Shown here: positions 13,901-27,700 of the stretch, piece by piece
Numbering within the stretch: position 1 is the first letter of the stretch
How the letters are laid out: every line of letters begins with the position of its first letter
Source: Tubiluchus corallicola
Lineage: Eukaryota; Animalia; Priapulida
Direction of reading: 5' to 3'
Length of the DNA stretch: 64,000 bases
NCBI GenBank assembly: GCA_030141605.1
Contig: JAQGDQ010000039.1
Span: forward strand, 746,441 to 810,440
Translations under genes and position numbers: made by a program
Notes under the pieces: model-generated
Seen by the model: the letters and a program-made list of their open reading frames with translations, nothing else
The model's database searches: none
Told to the model about the DNA's origin: nothing

Positions 13901-16900
13901 TTGGCAACATAAAGAGGTCAAATCGTTCTTCATCCTCCCCCAGGTCGACCATTAGCAACCTCCCTAAAGCGGTGTAAAAGGTAGTCCTACATCTCATGTC
14001 ACCAATTTGAGCATTTGCACTGAGGAATGGAAAATTTTCTACCTGAAAGTTCAGAGGGTGAAAATTCAACACTTTTGACAGAAATTTTTTTGGCAAACAT
14101 CAGCAACAAACGTCACTTCTCTAAACAGGTAAAAAAATGCAATATACTTCATACGTCTATCTTATGATTTATTGTTTATTTGAACAGAATCAAATTCATG
14201 TGCATCCAATTAGTTCTGTACATAGAAAAGAGGCCTAGTAAGACTAAGGATGGGTCTATAGGAGGACGTTTTTCTTACCGTGTGATTATTTAACATGAAC
14301 TGTACTTCTTCGAGTTGCACTAGTTTTCGCACACAACTGTAACCAACTGACAAATCACTGAGTAACTGCAACGTCTTGGAAATAATTTGCTCGCTATTAC
14401 TTCTGTACTTTAAGTTTGTTATTCTGAAACATGAATGTATAACACAATGGTTTAGTACGTTTGACTTCATAATAACAACTAGGTACCATATTCTGATACA
14501 AAAATTTCTAAAATAAACACTTTATTCTAGAATAAGAAACAAAACAAGTACTCACATTTTCCTAATGAAAACACTCAAGACTAAAGCTTCATCACTCAGG
14601 CCTAAAACTTCGTTCAACCTTTTATATATCTAAAAATAAAAAATCCATACTACTAGTAATATAAAAAACTGCTAAATAGTAAATGATAATAGAGTGGAGA
14701 TAATATAAGAGTGACTTTATTACAACAACTAAACATAAAGCATCAGAAATCAAAAATGTGGTCACCTATTAGTTATCAATAAGGTTGTAAAGATACACCC
14801 AGGTCATGATACAATACAAAGCACTATACTAACATCACGATACAAATCACACAAATATGTATCATGATACACATGAGAAATGATGTTTGCAGGCTTTATA
14901 AGAAAACTAGGTGAAGATGTTGATAACAAACACTAAACATATTTACTTCTGTAATGTGTAGATAATTGTTTGCATTGTAAGCCACCACAAAAGCAAAACA
15001 TGTCAATATTTTAGGTTCAACAGTTACTTGGGCATTTCCTGGTTTATGTTTGCCATTTCACAAATTTAAATGTAAGCAACATAACTAGCCAACTACAAAA
15101 AATGCCCTGCACTTTCAACCACTTTGGCTGCTATCAGTGCCTGCATCAAGTCAATTACTTTTCAATGCACTGAATGTTTCATATCCACAGTATACTCTGT
15201 AACTACAAATTCATATTAGCATACGCTCAAGAGTGTACGATACGTGTGCACTTTGGCGATTCACATATTGTGATAAACAATATTGATGTATCATTACAGA
15301 CCTAGTTATCAATCTATATCGTGTATAAAATCTTTGCGCACCATTGGTTAAAATGTGACATTGCTTACCGTACTGAAACAGGCTAACTACTGTACAAATT
15401 TAGGTCAAGTTGGTGGAATTAAAACACACAGTTCTTACTCTTCATGTGAAAAGTGTTCAACTGAAGTGGAAATCTAATATTGGACAAAAACCTCATAATC
15501 TGCTTCTCTGTAGTACAGAGATTTTACATCACGTCTGTAGTTCGTGTACCTCTTACCGCATCAGGTACACGTGAATTCATGTGTAATATAAAACCAGTAT
15601 ACCACTCATAGATAGTCTGTAAATGATATTGTAGGGTAATGATAATCACATTTCGACAACCCAAAACAACTTAGTTAATATGCACAGTTAAATACCTTTG
15701 AGGTTTTTTGTCCCTGGTCCCCTACATAGATTTTTCTAAATTGGTCAAAGAAACTCAACATGGCAAGATCTAGTTTTTCACATCCGCCAGAGCTAGACAT
15801 TCTGCCATCCATTAACTGCATCAGTTGAAGCACCCTGAAACGGCATTACTCGTTAGCTAAAATAGCATCCCAAAGTTGTGCAAGGGTCTTCTCTATATCA
15901 ATTAAAAACAAGTGTTCATTGATATAGTTGTGATTATGAAATAAATTAATATTGTTTGTAGAAATAGCGACAATTTTACCTTAAGTGCCCATAACCTACA
16001 ACTTTAATTTAAGTGACAATGATTATGTTTCTGGAATAAAGAGTTTTGCGAAATATATTTAGTAATTATTCGTATTTAGTTCTGACTTACAGAAGTGCCT
16101 TGTACATACCAAATTGAGAAAAACCTATTTTAGCTTTATACTGATCATTTTCCAATCAACACTTAATTTCAGGTTAATTCTTTGCATGCCTAAATTGTGT
16201 CACGTTGTGCCATTGTTTCATGTTTAAACACGTGTCTATAAAACAAACATCGTTTATCCAAATTAAATACTATACGTGTATGTAACTACTTTAAATACTT
16301 ATGTTATACCATTAGACCTATACACTAAAGTTTGATGTTTTGTCTTTAGTTTAAATTGTTATATTTAACTTGTATCATTGTGTTGTTACTAACGTAGTAC
16401 GTTTTATAGCATCATATATGTATGTATTTATATCTTGATAAACAGTGTATGTATTGTGTGAATACTAATTGCCCAATAAATATAAAAATAACTAAGCAAA
16501 TAAAAATAAAAATAAAATTAATAGAGCCACTCATGAAACACCAAACATCAAAAGTGCACAATACAGACCGACAGACAAGCTCTCCATCCATAACATCATG
16601 TTCATCTGCACTAGAGAATGAAACACGTCCTCCAATGGCTGCACCAATTATGTACACTAACCATGTTAATCTGCCTACAAGAACAAAATTCTCAAGTCAC
16701 AGTAGGACAATTTTAGGTGTAACAATTTGGAAAATAATTGCTCTTTGACTTTTGGCAATCGTTAACTTCAAACAAGCTACAAAGCACTGGAGGTATAGTC
16801 AGGGATGTTACCGAAACTAAAATTGCAAACTGAAACCGAAAACAAAATTTATGAACAGGTAACCGACAACGAAATGAAAATGAACCGAAATCATTTTTGC

Positions 16901-18194
16901 AAAACCAACTACTACTAAAACTGAAAACAACAAAATTCTGAAGCAAGTGAAATACTTTGTATTTGTTTATATGTTTGTTTGCTTTTGTTTGCTTTGATTG
17001 ATACAAACTTGATGAAGTAGCTAGGCAAAAATCTTAACCAAAAAAGCAGAACAATGTTTATAGTTAAAGATCATGGTGCTTTAAAAAAATTGACAAATTT
17101 TGTTTTGCAAATATTTTGTTGCCTATATTTCAAAAATTATAAAATTAAACTTGGTTTTCTTCAAATTATGCTTTCATGTTTCGGTTGATTATGCCTGGAG
17201 ACCTTAAAGCTTCACAGTCGCCACACTGAAGATATGCCGCATTGCTGTAAAAAGCATGCTACAAATGGTACAAAAAGTTAAATAAACGAAATTTTCACTT
17301 TATTTGAACTATTTTAGTCAAGACTTTTCAGTGATGTTTACGAGAATTGTAGGAGAAAAAAGGTAAGCTGGATAAACACTACTAAAACCTGGGGAAAAAT
17401 GCTGCCAAAATTACAGAAAGTGTAGGCTGCGAAACAATAATTTTCGACGAAAACAAAACAAAACCGAAAGTGCAATTATTGGCAAACACAAACAAAATTT
17501 TAGTTTCCGTAACATACCTGGCATAGATACCACTTTTAGTGATTAACAGAACAGTTATATTTCTTAAATTCAACATGAACAAGAAAACATATTTAAAAAA
17601 ATGAGATAATTAACTAAGATCAAGTCTCCTAGAAAAGTTTAAAATGCTTGCTCCTTTAAGGAAACGTGTTTTGCCTTTATCTAAAGCTACATTTTCAATT
17701 AAACGAGTAAATTTTCATGTAAGAGTTCACAAGTCATGCGAACACAATAGCATTTTCAATGCTCGAAGAGGGAAAATATAAGCAATATTTGCATATGCAA
17801 AGACAATGTAAAGAAAAAGGCAAATGGCACCACGACCAAATTGACTAAATCACACGGTCACACCCAAAACAGTGAAGATAAAATATATTAAAAATATCAA
17901 ATACAACAAAAAATCGAAAATTACCTTCCTGTACGGCAAGATCAACATTTTGTCTAGAATTAGAGTTTATTAGTCGTTGATAAGCTTGTGCAGCTTCATC
18001 AAACAACTGCACAAGCAGTGAGCAAGTTTTCTCATAATCACACCTTCCTATTGTTGACAACTGAAAAATTCAAAAACTCACATTTAGTCACAAATTTAAT
18101 TAAGCATTAAAGTAAGTGACTTAATGAATAGAGCTACTTATTTTAACAGCAATTACTGAGAAAATAGCAAAGAGAGAGAAAGAAGGGTGTATAT

Positions 18195-18234
<40 letters not shown>

Positions 18235-18705
18235 GTGTAGATGCACTAAAGAAAGGTGCAGAGGCATACAAACTCAAATCCCTCTGCTAAATGTATCCAA
18301 ATAAGGATATATGAACTGGATAGCTGGCTCTAGTTACGATTGGTTCTGGGTTCAAATCATAGTTGACACACCATTTTCAGTGCACCCTTCTTCAATTATT
18401 TAGCTGTTAGCACTAACTGTTGTAAGCATGAAGTCTTTCATAAATTGTGATCTGCACGAATTATTGGATACTCTACAGAAAAGTGCAGAGGCTCGTAAAG
18501 ACTACTCCGATTGTTAAGTATATATTCAAATATAGTGAGATGTGTACTGCTAAGATGAGATCTTAACCCAGCTTTGCCATGTTGAGTCATTACCTCAAAT
18601 AGTAGAGTGTAGGCCGTGAAAGCACAAGGTTTTTGGACCCAAAGTCCTGGTTGGGCTCTAGGGCCTTCTTCAATTAATTAGCCATCAGGAGTTAATTGTT
18701 TGATG

Positions 18706-18749
<44 letters not shown>

Positions 18750-21700
18750 TTATTGAATATTTTTAATGCATTTTACATGATGATCAAATGCAACTTACAA
18801 ATAAAAGATTGTCAAAATTACTAAAAAATTAATTCGTAAGATACTTAACACAATGGCACACTGATTGAAAATGTTCCTTTTAGCAAGTGAAAAGAGAAAG
18901 ACAGAACGGAAAAACAAGATGAGAAAGAAAGAGGAAGATGGAGAAAAATCTAGTTAATAACCTAAGTAAAACAAAGGAGAAAAACAAGACGAGAAAAGAG
19001 AGATCGACAAAAATCCAGTTAAGAAGCAAAGTAAAACAAGGGTAAAGGTAAACTGACTTCGAGGTCACAAACCTACAGATTACCTGATCTAACTGCTGAG
19101 TAACAAGACTTGGGTCATCTAATGGATCCTCTACTCCATCCCGCAGAACAACAGTCACAGAATCCAAACGAGACGTAATATATGCTTTTGTTACCTGTAA
19201 TAGTAATATTTGCAGCTTCAAGATCGGAGTAAGTTAACTGTAAGACAAACTTATAAAGTGAATGTGGCAGCTGTAAACAATAAGCATAAAATTTTCCCAC
19301 TCAAAAATGCTGACAGCTTGTGTTTCACTACGTAGTTGCTTTTTAACTGGGCAGCATTGACTTTGCACATTAGACATTAGACATTACACAGTGGTGCACT
19401 ACTAAAACAGAATCTTGTAAATAAACAAATAGTCGTTTGTTATTAAACACTAATATTGAATATTAGTTTTGTATGTACACATGCACACACATAAGAGCAC
19501 ACATACATACACTCATACATGTATGCACATGCACACCCACATAAGATAGCACATACTTTAGAAACAAATATCATGAAAGTCATAGCACTGGTCCATAATA
19601 TGCGATCATTTTATAAGAAATGCACAACATACTTTTCGCCAACCATCAACGAATGATTTTGCGTGAGAACGTACCATACCATATAGTATTGTGGAATGAA
19701 CCTGGCTTCGAACACGTATTAGTGTTATTTTTAACCTGGCTGGTTAGCATTGCAGAGCAACCCTAATCACAAAGCTGCTAAACTTTTTTACAATGTTTTT
19801 GAATGGCTGTTGCAGCAAAGCAAACAGATCCGGCTGACTGTACTTAGTGCTGAGTTCAGCCGGCAGTCTACCCCTCACACGAAAAACGTAGGCGGCTGTG
19901 AGCCACCTTCGGTAGTGAAAGGGCTAAACTACTTGCAGGCCACAGGTAATTCCAAAAATGAAACTCAATGGCTACAAAGTCACTTATTTAAAAATCTCAC
20001 TCTGATGCCACTAGATAATAGACAGCTGAACAAAGAAACTGTTAAATAGTGGTACATAAACTTACAACATAAAAACTTAAAAATTATTAAAAAATATCAT
20101 TTACAAAAACTTCAATCTTATGCAGATAAAAAAATGCTGTCAAACAGGACACAATTCACAAACAGACAAAATTGGGAATCGTGACTTACAAAAGCGAAAA
20201 AATTTCATTTAACAGAAAACTTAACAGATAAATTTACTACAATTTCTTTAATTGGTTTAAATTTATGTATCTGGAAATAATAGCCTAAAACTAAATCACT
20301 GTCTTAACAAGTGAAATTTCAGTTGAGCAGGGGAACTACACTCGAGATAAAATAAGCTTACTTCTGGTGTAAACGTTTCCAGTAGGTGCGGTTCAGAAGC
20401 TTTCACATACGGCACCGAAGCTACCATCCGTTGCCATAGCGACAACAAGTAATGAACGCTATTTGGAGAGAAGTTCCACATCTACAAAAATCACTCACTT
20501 CATCATCATTATATGCACAGTAACAATTCTATGGTTTTACTAAAACAAGAGTTAAATCAACTGTTTCATTTTCCAGATTACTTTTGCAAATCTTTCATGC
20601 CGCAAATCTGATCCAAAAAGTTCAAGAAGTCGACAGAAACTTTTTGTACACTAAGTAAACATTCTAAAGCAAAGTGACAATCATTTCAAGTTAGACAATG
20701 CTCCGCAACTCTATGGCACACATAGGGTGATTTTTTTTGAAAGTTGCAAACTCAAAATGCAGAAAATCAGACTGTGTTGGAAGGGGAATACTACATATTA
20801 TAATTTTTATCTACAGGGAAAAGGGATCAGGCTGGCTGTTTTGTTTTCTAGGGAGCCACATTATTGCAATGACATCATCTTTTAAAAAGGACGTTAAACT
20901 TTATCACTTGAATAACAATCATGTTCACATTTAACACAGTTACTAGTATTTTGGAGAAGACTGCCTACACATTAGCAGACTTGCTCAAGAGATGACAATA
21001 GATCAGTACATCAGCTTGAAGCAATCATACATATTCATACAATTCATGCTTACGAACAGAATTAATGTAGTATATTTATGTCTTAGCATTTATGTACATA
21101 TTCATACGTGTGCACTAAGTACAGCGGCGCCTACGATTGATTTATCAAAATGGATAGAGATATTAAGTTAACTTATTTAAAAAAGAGAAAGAAATACGAG
21201 TCATAGTTGTTTTTGTATAATTAGTAAAGTAAGTTGTGGTCGAGTCGTAAAGTCGAACAGTCGTAGTCGACGACTGCCTGTACAATACAAGCAAAACAAT
21301 TAAATTGATTCATAGGTGCCTTCAGAGTAAATGCTGCTTTTTGACTCTAGTCGTTCTACTACTGTTGCTGTTGTTTGCAGAGCTTTTCAGTCATATGTGT
21401 TACATGATGACATTCATGTTGGTTGTTATCTGCCGGTTGGCATTTCGTTTCGGCATTGCTACTTTCTAATTAACTTTTATCAGTTGCTCAAAACTGCAAA
21501 ACAGCGAAACTATACAAATTTAAAGAAATTCACATGAAAACAAACAAAATGGCTCCCAGAAGCTGATGTTATTTTAAGTCGTTAGTGAATACGCCGAGTA
21601 TCGACAGTGGTGTGAGTCGTGTGACCCATAGTGATGTGCGCATCGCTTACTTTTGTACAGTAAATATGTACACAAAGCTTTTACAAGGGTTGCATTTTGG

Positions 21701-24700
21701 GATGTTGGCAACATCTTGTATTGAAAATTAAAGAGCTTTTCTTTATCCCGTACTGTCGTACGCCTCTGCAGTTGGCAACGTCCGTACATACTTACGGATT
21801 GAGGCAAAACTCGAACAAACTGCCGATTTTTTGAAAACCCGCCCGGACAGAGGCCCAAAAAGAGGACGTGTCCGGGGAAACCCGGACGTATGGTAACCCT
21901 ACATTTACCATCACTTTTTCACTTCATCTTTTTAAGTGCCCATATATATGAGGTCCCAAATTACACTGCACTATGTACTTCACTTCTCTTACAGCTCCAC
22001 AAGACATATGCAGTATGATAGTGGGACCAATGTGCCTTCACCCAGCTAAGTATACCTGGCATTCTGAATCGGAAAGGAAAGAAGTTTTGCATTTTCGTTT
22101 ACATTTACATTCCGCAGTCTACATTAAGAAAGCCCTCCCAATGAGTGTTTACACACAGAAAGCCAAATTTTATTATTTTTGAAGACATCATTCAAGCTCT
22201 TACAAGACGTGTTTACCGGCAGAATTAATGAAGTATTATTTATGTCCAAGTCCCCAAAGTTTTGCAACTTCATATTCTACGGACTCAGTTTACCAAGTAA
22301 GCATAATATCATGTATAAGTTGCATAACTGTACACGCATAAGCCTACTTAATCATACATCCTATGTCAATCCAATGCCTAATTTAGTGACAAATACAAAC
22401 CCGCAATGTTGTGACGGTGAACTCAGCAATGAGTTTAACTGTAGCTGGATATTCCGACACCTTGACCAGTTCGCCAAGCTGATAATTTGACTTGAGACGG
22501 GCTAACAAACGACAAAATTCGTGATAGTTGTTTGGAGCAGAAAGACCCTGAAAACAAATAATGTTAATGTAATTTTGCATTGACAAACAAATAATACTTA
22601 TATGTTTACCTCCTAGAACATTATAAGGTTAATGGTACAATTATTTTGTGATAAGCAAGTTTAAAACCCAAATCTGTAACTTATTTTCTCAACCTGGCAC
22701 AACCTGATAACAGTGTGGTATTATTTCCATTATTTACAAAGCAATATGTAAATATCAGTAACAAAATGAATACAATAAAATTAGTACAAAAATCAGGAAA
22801 CTTCAACTGATACCACACATTAGCTATAAAAGCCTCGTATTCTGTAAATGTAGTAGATTTAAACGATGTGTTACCTTTTATTAAAAATCATTTTATGCAA
22901 CGGTTTTGTAGGATTACTTACTTGAGGATTTTCTAGTATAGATTTCACACCACGTACCAGGCCAGTCAGAAACCGACCTCTTTCTTCGGTATTAAAAAGA
23001 GATCGGCGAATGGAAGCAATCAATACTAAACACGATAAGGCCTAGACAAAAATGTAAGTAACTAAAATATAGAAGCTTTAAAACGTTTCCGCAGCATAGA
23101 AGCCAGATTAAGTTTTGTAGCAACATCACTTTGTTTGGCCAGTTACAGTTTTACAAACATTTCAAAGTTACCATCAGTTTGTAATGCAAATGTACATGAA
23201 CGAGTGACAAAAATTGCAGTACATTCAGGCATACATTTCAGATTAAGTCATGTTTTTGATGAGAATTTTAAAAATAAAATAATCTGTTATTAATAGTCTA
23301 TTAAAAGCAGTAACTATTAATAGTGTTTAGTTCTTTAAAAGACTGAAAAAGAGAAACAACAAATTGAAAATGGCCCATAATAAATTAGATCTTGCTAACA
23401 GCCAAATAGTAAAAACATATTGGAATTATGAAAACTCTTCATAATGTGCAATAAACAACCAGCCACCAGAAAATGTTAGCTTAATTAAATACTGCCTAAA
23501 AAGTAACTCACAACACAGCACTTATATATAACATACAGAACAAAATTAACTGATGATACACAATTTCGATACTAAAATGTCAAAGCTTCAATTAAGACTT
23601 ACTAGTGGTGATAGTGAAGTTGGCAATTGCTTGTAGAGATCAAAAAACAGCTGAGTTGTAGAAAAGTCTAAAAATGCTGTAAAATGAAAAGTACGAGTTA
23701 GATAAACTGTTTCAAATACAGTTGATCACACTGCAGCTGACCACGCTGCACGCTGGAATCCATCACTCAACTGCAGAGGTTATTTTTAAGTTGATGGTTG
23801 TTGCAGGACTGTAACCTAGATTTACTCATGAAACACTCAATCTTCCTAAATTTTTTGTACTAAGCTAAATAAATAAATGAAATAAATACTAAGACTATAA
23901 AGCAAGTACTAAATAACGATATCTCACAATTACATATATGTTATTTTAAATAGCTCCTGTAACACATGCTCTGTTGCTCGCACTGCTGGAGCATGGATGA
24001 GAACCAGAGTTAAAAATTTTCTAAAAAAAAATCTTCAATGCTGCTATTTTTAAACATACACAGTTAAGAAAGTACATTGACAAAATGCTTATACGCATCA
24101 ACAGACATATTTTAACCACATGCCAACCAATATGACAAGAATCTACCAAATTCTGAAATATTACCATGAATGGTCAATTCTAACATCGTGCTTGAAATGC
24201 GATTTTCTTGATAAGCAGTGTCATAAGAAAAATTTAGGCAGTCCTGCCAACTGTTGATTGAGAATCTAACAATTACACTACCAGCATGACACTAGAGTGC
24301 ACCAGGCATGGAAACATTACAGTATTGGTAGATTATTGTCAAACATCAACAACTAAAAAACTTTCTCAAAAAAAATGCAATTGCACGAATGCAGATATTG
24401 ATTGATAAATGTCACAGCATCAAGGAGTCGAATAGTTAATAATATAGAAAGGTAGAAAATTAAATGAAATATGTTGAGAAAGCGCAATTACAATGTGACT
24501 TTTTACATTAAAATGAACATACCTGGTTTCCAGCTAGTTGGTATTTGTACGGTGCACAGGTCGTCCGAGGAGTCATCCTGTGCTGTACCAATAAAATCAA
24601 ACGTTAAACAGTTGTGTGCTAATCGTAGAAGTTGTGTCATTAAACCATGCTGTAAAGTAATAAATTGATACATAAAAAATACATCACTCACAGCAAAGTT

Positions 24701-27700
24701 GGGTTGCTTGGACACTGGTCATTGTAATTTGTTATATAAAGGCAAGAAACATTTAAAGACTAACTCAGCAGCTGTTAGTGAATGATATTACATTGCTTGC
24801 TGATATGCAAAAAATTTGCAACAGAAGTATGATAATTATAACTATTTTGACTCTCAAAAAGTAAATGATTAAACAATTACCAATTTGATCGACAGCTTAA
24901 TCGTCAATAATTTTTATTCTTTGTGCCACAAAAAAAGCTTAACACCATTACAATTTTTCGCAAAACAAAATGTCCACATTTGCATAGATATGTATATATA
25001 AATGCACCTTATTATAATGCCAAACTCGCTTAATGCCTACTTTTTTGCAGCCCCAAAGAAGGCAGTATAAAGAAGTTTGACTGTAATTATCATGTAAATT
25101 TTGGGTACATATACTAAATATATCATTAAACTTTTTGTAGTAACTTTACTAAGAGTTAGTTGGTCTTTATGATATAATAACGTGTCAGTCATCTCAGATA
25201 AATAAAGAATTATTAGTTTAATGACTTTAGTTTAATGACCAATACTCAATGAACCTCATCATTTTCACGAAAGATACAGTGAGTGCCTCTTGAAAAAACA
25301 TGAAATTATTTCATGTTTTCAAATCAAATACATCGCCTAACATTTAACAGTTAACATGCAAGTAAACCACGATTTCCGTTATTAGTTGTTGGTTTACTCT
25401 CCTCCTAATATAAATGACAAGTAAACGCGCAAACAAATTGTTCTGCAGTAATTTAAATGGACAGAAGCAAGAAAAAACAGCAGGGCAAAGAGTGTGCTTA
25501 AATTTCCTTTAACTAAACTAAGTCTTTTGCAAACATTTTGAGAAACAAAATAAAAATGACAGCCAGCACCCACTTAAGAAAAGACATGGCTACATGCTTT
25601 GTTCGCTATAATCACCTAAATAAAAATTACAGAGTAAATAATATATACAAAAATCGACACTGTGGCAAGCAAACAAGACAATACTAAATAGCAAAATTAC
25701 ATATTATGTTATACAAAGTCAGAAGACAGAAAAACATAGTTAAGTTATAAATACAGATTTCTTGAAAATGTAAGTTTGATATGATATAGCACACTACATG
25801 ATATGTAAGTTTGCTATTTAGCATTGTCTTGTTTGCTTGTCACAGTGTTGATTTTTGTACATATTATTTAGACTGTAATATTTATTTTGAGAAACAATTA
25901 TACTCACCTGACTTTCATGATTTAAATCAATGTTTATATCCTTCCACCTATCCAAAGCTGTTCTTAGTAATGTACACGACATTTGAAATATCTCATAAAG
26001 TTGTGAATCTCGAAAATGAGATGCAATCTTACGATGCTTGATGATAGATAAAGATTCAGACTGCAAAAAAATCATCAAAAATTTCATTATTATGAAAAAT
26101 AATGAGGACAGATTCTTACACAGTGTTACCATGAAGCAAACTATAGCATTCACTTTTAATTAAGTGGTAGTAAGTCAGAGTTAAATGAATTGACGGTCAA
26201 AAATCGAAATACATAATACACATAATTGCTGTTTAGAAAACTGTCAGATAATAAAACAGCCACATTTTAGAATCATTTAGGCATGGTCTGGAATTATAAC
26301 CATAGGAACTACTGTTAAGAACATTCGGTTAATAAATGCAGTATGCCGTTCAATAAGATAACATTTTTTGGTAATAACGAAATAAAGAAATAAAATGAAC
26401 TTTTGATAGCTCGCCTAATTTTTCAACATATGCAGCCCGTACAGCCACAAAAGTACATTTTAGTCTGCAGAATGAATTAGCATTAATGTTGCATGCTTGT
26501 CTTTTGACTATGCCTTCACTACAGGCATATGAATCAGCTGAGGCCCCATGTATAATTATCTGCGTGTGCCTGCATATATTTTTGTACATACCGTGCTAAA
26601 CTGTCAGACAAATGGAGACACACGGAGCTAGATGTAGAGAGGAAATTACAGTTGTTAGACAAATTTAAAAGGTTGCAACTCTGTACCCTGTAGGAAGTGG
26701 CCAAGACTTTAGGTGTGTCTTGCACAATAGCCAATACAGGCTTTACAGAACAGATTTTAAAAATGAAGGTGGTGCATATAATTAATATCAATGAACAGCT
26801 AACACAAATGTGCGTAGCAGATATTAAATATGGTGACGCGTTTACGTACTGTACGTTGCCAAATATGCACGTTTGCAACAAGCCACTGCATAACAAAATC
26901 ACTGTTCGTTAAAAATGCTTATTGCTAGTTCTGTAGTGGTTTTATTAAGCGGTAGACTATGGTATATATCAACATACGACTTACTTTCATACTACATGCT
27001 TATTTTACTCTTAGTGATACAAAATATATTTAGAAACATTTTCATTTCAATATTAACACTCAGCAGTTTAAGTTTTGAAAGCTTGTAGTGAATTTTTCGT
27101 GCAAATAAGAAAATTAAAGGAAAGCCGGACACAATCTTAAACTATATCTCAAAACAATCTACCCAATAAAATATTGAAAGGCAGCATACTTTTTTCAGGA
27201 ATGACGTTCGTGGCAGAATTATTAACACGAAATGGTAATTTTGCATCGCAGCGACTAGTTCTTTGCCGTAACAGGCATTTCATCATTCACTAGTTAGATG
27301 GGCACAAGTACCTGCATCTCGAAAACACTTTGCAAAAAAAACAAGTGCCGTACCTCTCGGTTCAGTGTGACGTAGTGCCCATGCTGAAGAGCTCACATGT
27401 GAGCATAGTGGTAAACTTGAAATATGAATGTGGAATGTTAGTTCTTTTGGAAATTATGTTCAGTTGGGATGTTATCATTAGTTGGACTCGCCTGACATTA
27501 GTTAAATTGTTAATCTGTTATTTAATTACCAGAATCACTTTGGGGCTATTATGGGTCTGAAAATGTATACTTTTGACCATACTGTGAAAGGAGATAGATA
27601 TGAAAAATCATCCTGTTTCCATTTAAAGACAATTTACTTGGAAAATTCTAATGAGTGTACTCAAGTAAACTTTACACTACTACACATTTAATACCCTAGA

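Noticed and set aside
27378-27415. Hammerhead candidate CTGAAGA-GCTCAC-AT-GTGAGC
   Set aside because: It is followed by ATAG rather than GAAA, has no stem I, and overlaps the end of a small inverted-repeat element (GATGGGCAC...GTGCCCATG).
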